Assembly (NCBI RefSeq): GCF_963921235.1
Contig: NC_086097.1
Span: 256,248,001 to 256,312,000, forward strand
Length of the DNA stretch: 64,000 nt
From: Mobula hypostoma
Lineage: Eukaryota
Direction of reading: 5' to 3'
Part shown: positions 33,117-47,128 of the stretch, one piece after another
Layout: each line of letters opens with the position of its first letter
How positions within the stretch are numbered: the stretch's first letter is position 1
Made by a program: the position numbers and the translations under genes
The notes under the pieces: model-generated
What the model was told of the DNA's origin: nothing
Databases searched by the model: none
What the model saw: only the letters and a program-made list of their open reading frames with translations

Positions 33117-34540
33117 CCATACCATAAGACCATAAGACATAGGAGCAGAATTAGGCCATTTGGTCCATTGAGTCTGCTTCGCCATTCAATCATGGCTGAT
33201 CCTTTTTTTCGCCTCCTCAACCCCAGTAGTTCCCAGCCATCTCCCCGTAACCTCTGACTCCATGTCCAGTCAAGAACCTATCTATCTCTGCCTTAAATAC
33301 ACCCAACATCCTGGTCTCCAAAACTGCATGTAGCTACAAATTCCACAAATACACCATTCTTTGGCTAAAAAAATTTCTCCGCAACTCTGTTTTGAAAGGG
33401 CACCCCTCTATCCTGAGGCTGTGCCCTCTTGTCCTAGGCTCTCCCACCATGGGAAAAGTCCTTTTCACATCTACTCTGTTTAGGCCTTTCAACATTCGAA
33501 AGGTTTCAATGAGATCCCCCCTCAACTTTAAGAATTCCATTGAGTACAGGCCCCGAGCCATCAAACATTCCTCATATGTATAAGGCATTGGTGAGGCCGA
33601 ATCTGGAGTATTGTGTTCAGTTTTGGTCACTGAATTACAGCAAGGATATAAATAAGGTTGAAAGAGTGCAGAGAAGGTTTACAAGGATGTTGCGAGGACT
33701 TGAGAAACCCAGTTACAGAGAAAGGTTGAATAGGTTAGGACTTTATTCCCTGGAGCGTAGAAGAATGAGGGGAGATTTGATAGAGGTATATAAAATTATG
33801 ATGGGTATAGATAGAGTGAATGCAAGCAGGCTTTTTCCACTGAGGCAAGGGGAGAAAAAAACCAGAGGACATGGGTTAAGGGTGAGGGGGGAAAAGTTTA
33901 AAGGGAACATTGGGGGAGGCTTCTTCACACAGAGAGTTGTGGGAGTATGGAATGAGCTGCCAGACGAGGTGGTAAATGCGGGTTCTTTTTTAACATTTAA
34001 GAATAAATTGGACAGATACATGGATGGGAGGTGTATGGAGGGATATGGTCCGTGTGCAGGTCAGTGGGACTAGGCAGAAAATGGTTCGGCACAGCCAAGA
34101 AGGGCCAAAAGGCCTGTTTCTGTGCGTAGTTTCTATGGTTTCTATGGTTATGATAACCCTTTCATTCCTGGAATCATTCTTGTGAACTTCCTCTGAACCC
34201 TCTCCAATGCCAGCACATCTTTTCTAAGATGAGGGGCCCAAAACTGTTCACAATACGCAAGGGGAGGCCTCACCAGTGCTTTTTAAAACCTCAGCATCAC
34301 ATCCTTGCTCTTATATTCTAGACCCCTTGAAATGAATGCTAACATGGCATTTGCCTTTCTCACCGTCGACTCAGCCTGCAAGTTAACCTAGGGGGTCTTC
34401 TGCACAAGGTCTCCAAAATTGCTTTGCACCTCAGATTTTTGGATTTTCTCCCCGTTTAGAAAATAGTCCACACATTTGCATGACCATGCATTTTCCAACA
34501 TTGTATTTCATTTGCTACTCTCTTGCCCATTCTCCTAATT
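33117..34540 (-). mobile_element. CR1 family E 3' part, interrupted by a family C copy
   Basis: (CCATAAGA)n tail on plus; host reads through ttcctcatatg|ataaccctttc once the insert is removed. Confidence 0.85.
33581..34148 (+). mobile_element. CR1 family C, 5'-truncated
   Basis: Near-identical to 13320-13890; TTTCTATGG tail. Confidence 0.95.
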
Positions 34541-34865
34541 TGACCACACACCCCAGCCACTCCCTGTTTGACCCACTGCCATCCAGCAACAGGTTCAGGA
34601 CACTAAAAGCCAGAACAAATAGACTGAGGAACAGCTTCTATCCCAGAGCTGTGGCCTCCATTACACCATTCCCACAGAACAATGACTGAAACTGTGAGCA
34701 CACACATGCACACACAAGCACTCAAATACTTGCACTAACAGCACTTGGTACATTACTGTGATATTCTGGTGCTGTTACAACTTATTTTCTGCTATTTAAT
34801 ACTGCCTTTCTATTACTGTCTTGTTTTTATCTACCGCTTTATTTAATTGCCTGAGAGGAAGCTAG
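34541..34865 (+). mobile_element. Rex1/L2-group LINE 3' fragment
   Basis: THPSHSLFDPLPSSNRFRTLKARTNRLRNSFYPRAV is the HP..LPS..R.R..SF.P C-terminal motif. Confidence 0.78.
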
Positions 34866-34869
34866 TTTC

Positions 34870-37800
34870 ATTTTCCAGTAGTCCTATGTCCACTCTCATT
34901 TCTTTTTTATTTTTAACATACTTGAAAAAACTTTTACTGTCCACTTTGATATTATTTGCTAGCTTGCTTTCATATTTCATCTTTTCCCTTCTAATGATTA
35001 TTTAGATGATCTCCGCAGGTTTTTTAAAACCTCCCAATACTCTTATCTCCACAATTTTTGCTTTGTTGTATGCCCTTCTTTTGCTTTGACAATAGCTTTG
35101 ACTTCCCTTGTCAGCCACGGTTGTACTATTTTACCATTTGAGTATTTCTGCATTTTTGGAATACACATGTCCTGCACCTTCCTCATTTTTCCCAGAAACG
35201 CACGCCATTGCTGCTCTGCTGACATCCCTGCCAGCAGCTCCTTCCAATTTACTTTGGCCAACTCCTCTCTCATACCACCGTAATTTCCTCGACTCCACTG
35301 AAATACTGCTACATCAGACTTTACTTTTTCCCTATCACATTTCCAAGATAAACTCAATCATATTGTGATCACTGGCTCCTAAGGGTTCTTTTACCTTAAG
35401 CTCACTAATTGCCTCCGGTTCATTACATAACACCCATCCAGTATAGCTGAAATTCTAGTAGGCTCAACGACAAACTGCTCTAAAAAGCCATCTCTTAGGC
35501 ATTCAACAAACCCACTCTCTTGAGATCCATTACCAACCTGATTTTCCCAATCGACCTGCATGTTAAAATCTCGCATGACTACCATAGCATTGCCTTTCTG
35601 ATTCGCCTTTTCTCTTTCCTGTTGTAATCTGTGGTCCACCTCCCAGCCACTGTTTGGAGGCCTGTATTTTACTGCAATCAACATTCTTTTACCCTTGCAG
35701 TTTCTTAACTCCACATCTTCCAATCCGATGCCACATCTCTCTACTGATTTCATGCCATTCTTTACCAGTAGAACCACATCACCCTTTCTGCCTACCTTCC
35801 TATTCCTCCAATATAATATTTAACCTTGGAAATTCATAGAACATAGAATAGTACAGCACAGTACAGGCCCTTCGGCCCACAATGCTGTGCCGACCGTCAA
35901 ACCCTGCCTCCCATATAACCCCCCACCCTCAATTCCTCCATATACCTGTCCAGTAGTCTCTTAAATTTCACTGGTGTATCTGCCTCCACCACTGACTCAG
36001 GCAGTGCATTCCACGCACCAACCACTCTCTGAGTAAAAAACCTTCCTCTAATATCTCCCTTGAACTTCCCACCCCTTACCTTAAAGCCATGCCCTCTTGT
36101 ATTGAGCAGTGGTGCCCTGGAGAGAGGCGCTGGCTGTCCACTCTATCTATTCCTCTTAATATCTTGTATACCTCTATCATGTCTCCTCCCATCCTCCTTC
36201 TCTCCAAAGAATAAAGCCCGAGCTCCCTTAATCTCTGATCATAATGCATACTCTCTAAACCAGGCAGCATCCTGGTAAATTCCCTCTGTACCCTTTCCAA
36301 TGCTTCCACATTCTTCCTATAGTGTGGCAACCAGAACTGGACACAGTACTCCAAGTGTGGCCTAACCAGAGTTTGACAGAGCTGCATCATTACCTCGCGA
36401 CTCTTAAACTCCATCCCTCGACTTATGAAAGCTAATACCCCATAAGCTTTCTTAACTACCCTATCTACCTGTGAGGCAACTTTCAGGGATCTGTGGATAT
36501 GTACCCCCAGATCCCTCTGTTCCTCCACACTACCAAGTATCCTGCCATTTACTTTGTACTCTGCCTTGGAGTTTGTCCTTCCAAAGTGTACCACCTCACA
36601 CTTCTCTGGGTTGAACTCCATCTGCCACTTCTCAGCCCACTTCTGCAACCTATCAATGTCTCTCTGCAATCTTCGACAATCCTCTACACTATCTACACCA
36701 CTACCAACATTTGTGTCATCTGCAAACTTGCCAACCCACCCTTCTACCCCCACATCCAGGTCGTTAATAAAAATCATGAAAAGTGGAGGTCCCAGAACTG
36801 ATCCTTGTGGGACACCACTAGTCATAGCCCTCCAATCTGAATGTACTCCCTCCACCACCACCCTCTGCTTTCTACAGGCAAGCCAATTTTGAATCCACCT
36901 GGCCAAACTTCCCTGGATCCCATGCCTTCTGACTTTCTGAATAAGCCTACCGTGTGGAACCTTGTCAAATGCCTTACAAATGTCCTCCAGATAGATCACA
37001 TCCACTGCCCTCATCTATATGCCTGGTCACCTCCTCAAAGAACTCTATCAGACTTGTTAGACACGATCTGCCCTTCACAAAGCCAAGCTGACTGTCCCTG
37101 ATCAGACCATGATTCTCTAAATGCCTATCGATCCTATCTCTAAGAATCTTTTCCAACAGCTTTCCCACCAGAGACGTAAGGCTCACTGGTCTATAATTAC
37201 CCAGACTATCCCTACTACCTTTTTTGAACAATGGGACAACATTCGCCTCCCTCCAATCCTCCAGTACCATTCCCGTGGACAACGAGGACATAAAAGGTCC
37301 TAGCCAGAGGCTCAGCAATCTCTTCCCTCGCCTCGTAGAGCAGCCTGGGGAATATTCCGTCAGGACCCGGGGACTTACCCGTCCTAATGTATTTTAACAA
37401 CTCCAACACCTCCTCTCTCTTAATATCAACATGCTCCAGAACATCAACCTCACTCATATTGTCCTCGCCATCATCAAGTTCCCTCTCATTGGTGAATACC
37501 AAAGAGAAGTATTCATTGAGGACCTCGCTCACTTCCACAGCCTCCAGACACATCTTCCCACCTTTATCTCTAATCAGTCCTACCTTCAACCCTGTCATCC
37601 TTTTGTTCTTCACATAATTGAAGAATACCTTGGGGTTTTCCTTTACCCTACTTGCCAAAGCCTTCTCATGCCCCCTTCTTGCTCTTCTCAGCTCTTTCTG
37701 AAGCTCCTTTCTTGCTATCCTATATTCCTCAATAGACCCATCTGATCCTTGCTTCCTAAACCTCATGTATGCTGCCTTCTTCCACCTGACTAGATTTTCC

Positions 37801-40560
37801 ACCTCACTTGACACCCATAGTTCCTTCACCCGACCATTCTTTATCTTCCTCACCGGGACAAATTTATCCCTAATATCCTGCAAGAGATCTCTAAACATCA
37901 ACCACATGTCCATAGTACATTTCCCTGCAAAAATATCATCCCAATTCACACCCGCAAGTTCTAGCCTTATAGCCTCATAATTTGCCCTTCCCCAATTAAA
38001 AATTTTCCTGTCCTCTCTAATTCGATCCTTTTCCATGATAATGCTAAAGACCAGGGAGCGGTGGTCACTGTCCCCCAGATGCTCACCTACTGAGACATCT
38101 GTGACCTGACCCAGTTCGTTACCTAATCTAGTATGGCATTCCCCCTAGTCGGCCTGTCAACATACTGTGACAGGAATCCGTCCTGGACACTCTTAACAAA
38201 CTCTGCCCCATCTAAACCCTTGGAACTAATCAGGTGCCAATCAATATTAGGGAAGTTAAAGTCACCCATGATAACAACCCTGTTATTTTTGCACCTTTCC
38301 AAAATCTGCCTCCCAATCTGCTCCTCTCGGTATCTCTGCTGTTACCAGGGGGCCTACAGAATACCCCCAATAGAGTAACTGCTCCCTTCCGGTTCCTTGA
38401 CTTCCACCCATACTGACTCAAAAGAGGATCCTGCTACATTACCCACCCTTTTTGTAGCTGTAATAGTACCCCTGACCAGTAATGCCACCCCCCTCCCCTC
38501 CCCCCCCACCCCTTTCAAAGCACTGAAATCCAGGAATATTGAGAATTCATTCCTGCCCTGGTGCCAGCCAAGTCTCTGTAATGGCCACTACATCATAATT
38601 CCATGTATGTATCCAAGCTCTCAGTTCATCACCTTTGTTCCTGATGCTTCTTGCATTGAAGTACACACACTTTAGCCCTTCTACCTTACTACCTTTACAC
38701 CCTTTATTCTGCTTCTCTTTTCTCAAAGTATCTCTATATGTTAGACCTGTCTTTACTCCATGCACTTCTTTCACTGCTTTATCGCTCCGGGTCCCATCCC
38801 CCTTGCAAATTAGTTTAAACCCTCCCGAACCATGCTAGCAAACCTACCTGCAAGGATACTGCTCCCCCTCGAGTTCAGGTGCAACCCACCCAATCTGTAT
38901 AGGTCCCACCTTCCCCAGAAGAGATCCCAATGACCCAAAAATCTAAAGCCCTGCTCCCTGCACCAACTCCTCAGCCACACATTCAACTGCCATCTCCTCC
39001 AATTCTTACCATCACTATCACGTAGCGCTGGCAGCAATCCTGAGAACGCCACCTTTGAGGTCCTGTTCTTCAGCCTTCTGCCCAGTTCTCGAAACTCACA
39101 CTTCAGGACCTCATCCCTCTTCCTGCCTACGTCGTTAATACCAACATGTATCATGACTTCTGGTTGCTTTCCCTCTCGTACCAGGATGTCGTGCACCCGG
39201 TCAGAGACATTCAGCTCCCAACTACAGCCCTCCTTCAGCTATGATTCAGTGATGGCCACAACCTCATACCTGGCAATTCGTAATAACGTAACAAGATCAT
39301 CCACCTTATCTCTTATACTAAGCGCATTGAGATACAACACCTTGAGTATCGTATTTGCTATCCTTTCTGATTTTGCACCGCTAATGTTTTGATACACAGC
39401 CTACTGGCTGCAGCTATATCCCATCACCTGCCTGCCATTCCTGACAGTCTGACTGCATGCTATCTCTACATTTTTTTTTATCATCCGTTCTATCCTGAGT
39501 CCCTTCACTCCGGTTCCCACTCCCCCTGCCAAGTTAGTTTAAACCCTCCCCAACAGCTCAAACAAACCTGCCCGTGAGAATATTGGTCTCCCTCAGGTTC
39601 AGGTGCAATCCGTCACTCTTGAACAGGTCATACCTCCCCCAGAAGAGATCCCAATGATCCAAGAACCCGAAGCCCTGCCCCCTGCACCAGCTTCTCAGCC
39701 ACACATTTATCTGCCAAATCATTCTGTTTCTACCCTCAATGGCATGTGGCACAGGCAGCAATCCAGAAGTTATTACCCTGGAAGTCCTGCTTCTCAGCTT
39801 TCTAAATTCTCTTTTCAGGACGTCATTGCTTTTCCTTCCTATGTCATTGGTACCAATATTTACCAAGACATCTGGCTGCTCCCCCCGCCTCCAAAATGTT
39901 GTGCGTGCGATCTGAGACATCACTGACCCTGACCCTGGCACCTGGGAGGCAACATACCACCCGGGTGTCCCGTGCACATCCACAAAATCTCCTGTTTCCC
40001 TCACTATATTACTACTGCTCCCTTCTTTCTCTTTCCCTTCATCATGACAGACCAATACTCAGTGCATGTAACCTGGTCGCCATGGCATTCTCCGGGAAGG
40101 TCATCCCCCACAACAGTTTCCAAAGCAGTGTACTCATTTTTGAGGGGATGGCCACAGGGGGTGCTCTGCTCTAACTGCCTATTTCCATTTCTCCTGATTA
40201 CTTTCCCAGCTGCTCGCCTCCTGTAACTTTGGGGTGACTACTTCCCTGTAACTTTGATCAATTATGTCCTCACTGTCCCGTACAAGCCAATGGTCATCCA
40301 GTTGCTGATCCAAATTCCTAACTCGGTCTTCAAGGAGCAGGCAGATGCACTTCACACAGATGTAATTCCCCACGTAACATCTGGCACAAAGAACACACCA
40401 CAGCCACTTAAATGGTACAGTAAGAGAGGGAAAAAAGATAATAAAGGAAACCTTAACAGACACTTTTCAGAGCCGACGTCTCTTTTGAGCCAAAGCCTAT
40501 CGCTTCTACTCTCACCACTGGCCTACTCCCGACAATGGCTGCCTCACTTATCCCTTTTCT
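34870..40560 (-). mobile_element. Older CR1 5' half (ORF1 zinc finger and esterase, APE, linker) hosting the family A copy at 35836-39208
   Basis: CVLCARC..YICVKC (ORF 40179), NIGTNDI..DGLHL (ORF 39558), APE (ORF 35391); host rejoins at attca on both sides of the insert. Confidence 0.82.
35836..39208 (-). mobile_element. CR1 family A, longest copy (ORF1 esterase plus whole ORF2, frameshifted)
   Basis: ORFs 38810-39196, 38547-38774, 37215-38036, 36974-37318 and 36076-37014; TTCTATG tail. Confidence 0.95.
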
Positions 40561-40739
40561 ACTTTTATTTAGTTCATACAGCTAAACTACATACATAGTG
40601 CTAAAAGTCATTGTTCTAAAAGAAATAGATCTATACATTACACATGGTTTTGAGGAAGCAGAGCATCTGCAGAAAGTCTTCAGACAGATGAGGAGAATAG
40701 GCAAAGTAGCAGATGGAATAAGACCATAAGACATGAAGG

Positions 40740-41060
40740 TGAGCACCGGCTCCCTGCCCTTTGATCGCTAGTGGGATTGCTCTGCTGCCGGAGAAGGGAG
40801 ACGGTGTGGCCGGCTGCTGTGCCTGCAGGTTGTTACGGACATTTTCCATATTGTGGACTTGGACTATGGACTTTTTTATTCAGTGTAATATTTTTTTTCA
40901 CATTCTGTGTTTTTCACCCAATCTTTCTTGTTTTTTTGTGCAGGGGAGTGGGGAGTTTTGGGTTGATGATTGGGTTGCAGTTCTTTTCTTTCTTAGTTTT
41001 GTGGCTATCTGGAAAAGACGAATTTCAGAGTTATATTCTTTGATAATAAATGAACCTTTG
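40740..41060 (+). mobile_element. Probable non-autonomous LINE-tailed element (GC-rich head, T-rich body)
   Basis: GC-rich 5' part, ggacttggactatggactttttt, ends ttgataataaatgaacctttg; single copy in the window. Confidence 0.45.
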
Positions 41061-41120
41061 TATTCCAGGTTAGTTCCATTCTACAACTAGTAAATCTACT
41101 ATAAAATTTCCCATTCACCT

Positions 41121-41421
41121 TACAAGGGGTGATTGATAAGTTCATGGTCTAAGGTAGAAGGATGTCAATTTTAGAAAACCTAGCACATGTATTTTTTCCT
41201 ACATTTACACACTTAGTCCAGTGGTCATGAAGCATACGGATCCCTTCTTTGTAGAAGTCGGCGTCTTGGACCTCCAGAAGTGGTCCACAGCAGGGGTGGT
41301 TGATAAGTTTGTGGCCGAAGGTAGAAGATGAGTTATTAACTTCAAACTTTCTACATTTTCACTCAAAGAGTTGAACTGCATGTGCATGTAACGAGAGCTG
41401 TATAATTCATCCCCTTCTACC
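41121..41421. mobile_element. Probable mariner-derived MITE fragment
   Basis: Starts TA-caaggggtgattgataagtt; this terminal unit is repeated at ~41291 and partly inverted at ~41405-41421. Confidence 0.5.
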
Positions 41422-41506
41422 AAGCACATTAAAACTGTGTTCTCTTGTGTTAGCCATTTCAGCCCTGGGAAAAAAGCCCCTGACTATCCACACGATCAAT
41501 GCCTCT

Positions 41507-42290
41507 GAGAATCAGAATCAGAATCAGGTTTATCACCACCGGCATGTGACGTGAAATTTGTTAACTTAGCAGCAGTAGTTCAATGCAATACGTAATCTAG
41601 CAGCGAGAGAAAAAAATAATGATAATAAATAAAATAAAACATAATACATAAACACATAAATTAATGATGTATATTGAATAGATTTTTTTAAATGTGCAAA
41701 AACAGAAATATTGTATATTAAAAAAAAGTGAGGTAGTGTCCAAAGCTTCAATATCTATTTAGGAATCGGATGGCAGAGGGGAAGAAGCTGTTCCTGAATC
41801 ACTGAGTGTGTGCCTTCAGGCTTCTGTATGTCCTGCCTGATGGTAACAGTGAGAAAAGGGCATGTCCTGGGTGCTGGAGGTCCTTAATAATGGACACTGC
41901 CTTTCTGAGGCACTGCTCCCTAAAGATGTCCTGGGTACTTTGTAGGCTAGTGCCCAAGATGGAGCTGACTAGTTTTACAACCTTCTGCAGCTTCTTTCAG
42001 TCCTATGCAGTAGCCCCTCCATACCAGTGATGCAGCCTGTCAGAATGCTTTCCACGGAACAACTATAGAAGTTTTTGAGTGTAATTGTTGACATGCCAAA
42101 TCTCTTCAAATTCCTAATGAAGTACAGCCGATATTTTGCCTCTTTATAACTATATCGATATGTTGGGACCAGGTTAGATTCTCAAAGATCTTGACATCGA
42201 GGAACTTGAAGCTGCTCACTCTCTCCACCTCTGATCCTTCTATAAGGATTGGTATGTGTTCCTTCATCCTACCCTTCCTGAAGTCCACAG
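41507..42290 (-). mobile_element. Rex1/Babar-type LINE, 5'-truncated, (GATTCT)n tail
   Basis: DFRKG..HIPILIEGSEVERVSSFKFL; agaatcagaatcagaatc tail. Confidence 0.88.
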
Positions 42291-42714
42291 TCTTATCATC
42301 TTATACACCTCTATCAGGTCACCTCTCATCCTCCGTCGCTCCAAGGAGAAAAGGTCAAGTTCACTCAACCTATTCTCATAGGGCATGCCCCCCAATATCA
42401 GCAACATCCTTGTAAATCTCCTCTGTACCCTTTCTATGGTTTCCTTGTCCTTCCTGCAGTGAGGTGACCAGAACTGAGCACAGTACTCCAAGTGGGGTTT
42501 GACCAGGGTCCTAAAGAGCTGTAACATTACCTCTCGGCTCTTACACTTAATCCTACAGTTGATGAGGGCCAATACACCATATGCCTTCTTAACCACACAG
42601 TCAACCTGCGCAGCTGTTTTGAGTGTCCTATGGACAAGGGCTCCAAGATCCCTCTGATCCTCCACACTGACAAGAGCCTTACCATTAATACTATATTCTG
42701 CCATCATATTTGAC

Positions 42715-45643
42715 AATAGACAATAGACAATAGGTGCAGGAGTAGGCCATTTGGCCCTTCCAACCAGCACCGCCATTCACTGTGATCATTGCCGATCATC
42801 CACTATCAGTATTCAGTTCCTGCCTTATCCCCATAACTTTTGATTCCACCATCTTTAAGAGCTCTATCCATCTCTTTCTTGAAAACATCCAGAGACTTAG
42901 CCTCCACTGCCTTCTGGGGCAGAGCATTCCATATTTCCACCACTCTCTGGGTGAAAAAGTTTTTCCTCAACTCCGTTCTAAATGGCCTACCCTTAATTCT
43001 TAAACTGTGGCCTCTGGTTCTGGACTCACCCATCAGCGGGAACATGCTTCCTGCCTGCAGCGTGTCCAATCCCTTAATAATCTTATATGTTTCAATAAGA
43101 TCCCCTCTCAGCCTTCTAAATTCCAGAGTATACAAGCCCAGTCCTTCCAATCTTTCGACATATGACAGTCCCGCCATCCAAGGAATTAACTTTGTGAACC
43201 TACGCTGCACTCCCTCAATAGCAAGAATGTCCTTCCTCAAATTTGGAGACTAAAACTGCACACACAGTACTCCAGGTATGGTCTCACCAGGGCCCTGTAC
43301 AGCTGCAGAAGGACCTCTTTGCTCTTATACTCAATTCCCCTTGTTATGAAGGCCAGCATGCCATTAGCTTTTTTCACTGCCTGCTGTACTTGCATACTTG
43401 CTTTCAGTGACTGATGTACAAGAACACCCAGATCTCGTAGTGCTTCCCCTTTTCCTAACTTGACTCCATTTAGATAATAATCTGCCTTCCCGTTCTTACC
43501 ACCAAAGTGGATAACCTCACACTTATCCACATTAAACTGCATCTGCCATGCATCTGCCCACTCACCCAGCCTGCCCAAGTCACCCTGCATTCTCATAACA
43601 TCCTCCTCACATTTCACACTGCCTTCCAGCTTTGTGTCATCAGCAAATTTGCCAATGTTACTTTCAATTCCCTCATCTAAATCATTAATATATATTGTAA
43701 ACAGCTGCGGTCCCAGCACTGAACCCTGCGGTACCCCACTGGTCACCGCCTGCCATTCTGAAAGGGACCCGTTAATCGCTACTCTTTGTTTTCTGTCAGC
43801 CAGCCAATTTTCAATCCATGTCAGTACTCTGCCCCCAATACCATGTGCCCTAATTTTGCCCACTAATCTCCTATGTGGGACTTTATCAAAGGCTTTCTGA
43901 AAGTCCAGGTACACTACATCCACTGGCTCTCCCTTGTCCATTTTCATAGTTACATCCTCAAAAAATTCCAGATTAGTCAAGCATGATTTCCCCTTCGTAA
44001 ATCCATGCTGACTCGGACCAATCCTGTTACTGCTATCCAGATGTGCCGTAATTTCATCTTTTATAATTGACTCCAGCATCTTTCCCACCACCGAAGTCAG
44101 GCTAACCGGTCTATAATTCCCTGTTTTCTCTCTTCCTCCCTTCTTGAAGAGAGGGACAACATTAGCCACCCTCCAATCCACAGGAACTGATCCTGAATCT
44201 ATAGAACATTGGGAAATGATTACCAATGCATCCACGATTTCTAAACCCACCTCCTTAAGTACCCTGGGATGCAGACCATTAGGTCCCGGGGACTTACCTG
44301 CCTTCAGACCCAACAGCCTATCCAACACCATTTCCTGCCTAATATAAATTTCCTTCAATTCATCCATTACCCTAGTCTTTTGGCCACTATTACATCTGGG
44401 ATATTGTTTGTGTCTTCCCTAGTGAAGACAGATCCAAAGTACCTGTTCAACTTGTCTGCCATTTCCTTGTTCCCCATAATAAATTCACTGGCTTCTGTCT
44501 TCAAGGGCCCAATTTTGGTCTTAACTATTTTTTTCCTTTTCACATACCTAAAGAAGCTTTTACTATCCTCCTTTATATTCTTGGCTAATTTACCTTCGTA
44601 CCTCATTTTTTCTCCGCGTATTGCCCTTTTAGTTACCTTCTGTTGCTCTTTAAAAGTTTCCCAATCCTTCGGCTTCCCCCTCGTCTTTGCTATGTTATAC
44701 TTCTTCTCTTTTATTTTTATGCTGTCCATTACTTCCCTTGTCAGCCATGACCTCCCCTTACTCCCCTTAGGATCTTTCTTCCTCTTTGGAACGAACCGAT
44801 CCTGCACCTTCCGCATTATTCCCAGAAACACTTGCCATTGCTATTCCACTGTCACCCCTGCTAGGGTATTGTTCCATTGAACTTTGGCCAGCTCTTCCCT
44901 CATAGCACCATAGTTCCCTTTGTTCAACTGTAATACTGACACTTCCGAGTTTCCCTTCTCCCTCTCAAATTGTAGATTAAAACTTATCATATTATGGTCA
45001 CTGCCTCCTAATGGCTACTTCACCTCGAGGTCCCTGATCAAATCCGGTTCATTGCACAACACTAAATCTAGAATTGCATTCTCTCTGGTAGGCAGTACAA
45101 GCTGTTCTAAGAATCCATCTCGGAGGGACTCCACAAACTCCCTTTCTTGGGGTCCAGCACCAACCTGATTCCTCCAGTCTACCTGCATGTTGAAGTCCCC
45201 CATACCATCTGTAGCATTACCTTTGCGACATGCCAATTTTAACTCTTGATTCAACTTACACCCTACATCCAGACTACTGTTTGGGGGCCTGTAGATAACT
45301 CCCATTAGGGTCTTTCTACCCTTAGAATTTCTCAGTTCTATCCATACTGACTCTACGTCTCCTGATTCTATGTCCCCCCTCGCAAGGGACTGAATATCAT
45401 TCCTCACCAACAGAGCCACCCCAACCCCTCTGCCCATCAGTCTGTCCTTTTGATAGGACGTATACCCTTGAATATTCATTTCCCAGGCCCTGTCCACTTG
45501 AAGCCATGTCTCTGTTATTCCCACAACATCATACTTACCAATTTCCAACTGTGCCTCAAGCTCATCCACTCTATTTCTTATACTCCGTGCATTCATATAC
45601 AATACTTTTAATTCATTACTCCCCTGACCTCCCATATCAGTTC
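42715..45643 (-). mobile_element. CR1 family F, near-complete ORF2
   Basis: ORFs 45015-45668 (APE), 44367-44831, 43237-44367 (RT, FADD) and 42806-43240; (TCTATTG)n tail. Confidence 0.95.
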
Positions 45644-46025
45644 CTACCAAAATGAACCACCTCCGCACTTATCTGGGTTGAACTCCATCTGCCACTTCTC
45701 AGCCCAGTTTTATATCCTATCAATGACCCGCTGTAAGCTCTGACAGCCCCTCATACTATCCACAACACCCCCAACCTTTGTGTCATCAGCAAATCCCTCC
45801 GCTTCCTCATCCAGGTCACTTATAAAAATCACGAAGAGAAGGAGTCCCAGAACAGATCCCTGAGGCACACCACTAGTCACCTACCTCCATGCAGAATATG
45901 GCCCATGTACAACCACTTTTGCCTTCTGTGGGCAAACCAATTCTGGATCCACAAAGCACGGTCCCCTTGGATCCCATGCCTCCTTAGTTTCTCAATAAGC
46001 CTTGCATGGGGTATCTTATCAATGC

Positions 46026-46563
46026 CTGGATGAGGAAGTGGAGGGTGATGCTCAATTCTGGTCGCCTCACTACAAGAAGGACGTGGAAACCATAGAAAGA
46101 GTGCAGAGGAGATTTATAAGGATGTTGCCTGGATTGGGGAGTATGCCTTATGAGAACAGGTTGCGTGAACTCGGCCTTGTCTCCTTGGAGCGACGGAGAA
46201 TGAGAGGTGACCTGATAGAGGTGTATAAGATGATGAGAGGCATTGATCGTGTCAGAGGCTTTTCTCCAGGGCTGAAATGGCTAGCATGAGAGGGCATAGT
46301 TTTAAGGTGCTTGGAAGTAGGTACAGAGGAGATGTCAGGGGTAAGTTTTTTTCCCAGGAGAGTGGTGAGTAGAATGGGCTGCCGATGGCGGTGGTGGAGG
46401 CGGAAACGAAAGCGGCTTTTACAAGACTCCTGGATGGGTACATGGAGCTTAGAAAACTAGAGGGTTAAGGATAAGCCAGATAGTTCTAAAGTAAGGACAT
46501 GCTTGGCACAGCTTTGTGGGCCAAAGGGCCTCTAATTGTGCTGCAGGTTTTCTATGTTTCTAT
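46026..46563 (+). mobile_element. CR1 family B 3' end with internal deletion
   Basis: LDEEVEG joined directly to AQFWSPHY; TTTCTATG tail. Confidence 0.88.
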
Positions 46564-46720
46564 GAAATTGACCCTGCATCTGCTGGCAGCTCATTCTACA
46601 CTCTCACCACCTTCTGAGTGAAGCTCCCCTTAAACATTTCCCCTTTCACCCTTAATCCATGATTTCGAATCTAGTTTCACCTAACCTCAGTGGAAAAAGG
46701 CTGATTGCATTTACCTTATC

Positions 46721-46947
46721 CATATAACCATATAACAATTACAGCACAGAAACAGGCCATCTCAGCCCTTCTAGTCCATACCAAACTCTTACTCTCACCT
46801 AGTCCCACCGACCTGCACTCAGCCCATAACCCTCCATTCCTTTCCTGTCCATATAGCTGTCCAATTTAACTTTAAACAACAACGTCGAACCTGCCTCAAC
46901 CACTTCTGCTGGAAGCTAGTTCCACACAGCTACCACTCTCTGAGTAA
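46721..46947 (-). mobile_element. CR1 family D short 3' end
   Basis: Highly similar to 7465-7690. Confidence 0.88.
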
Positions 46948-47128
46948 CTCGTTTTGGCTTTTAATATTGTATGCCCCTAGTCACAGGAGCAACCATCTAC
47001 TACCACTCTTTGGCTTCTTCCACGAAGCCAATATCTAATCCAATTTATTATCAAATCTGAATGCCAAGCAACTGAGAATAACATTAACTATCCTCCAATC
47101 CTCTAGCACCTCACCCGTGGCTATGAAC

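Larger units (their letters stand above)
41445..46025 (-). mobile_element. CR1 family B host split by Rex1 (41507-42290) and CR1-F (42715-45643)
   Basis: Host reads through atgcctct|tatcatc and catatttgac|ctaccaaaatg once the inserts are removed. Confidence 0.85.

Noticed and set aside
44269..44880. Hydrophobic Phe/Leu/Ser-rich ORFs resembling membrane proteins (also 22738, 49665, 58804 and others)
   Set aside because: They are antisense shadows of the Lys/Glu-rich CR1 ORF2 linker.
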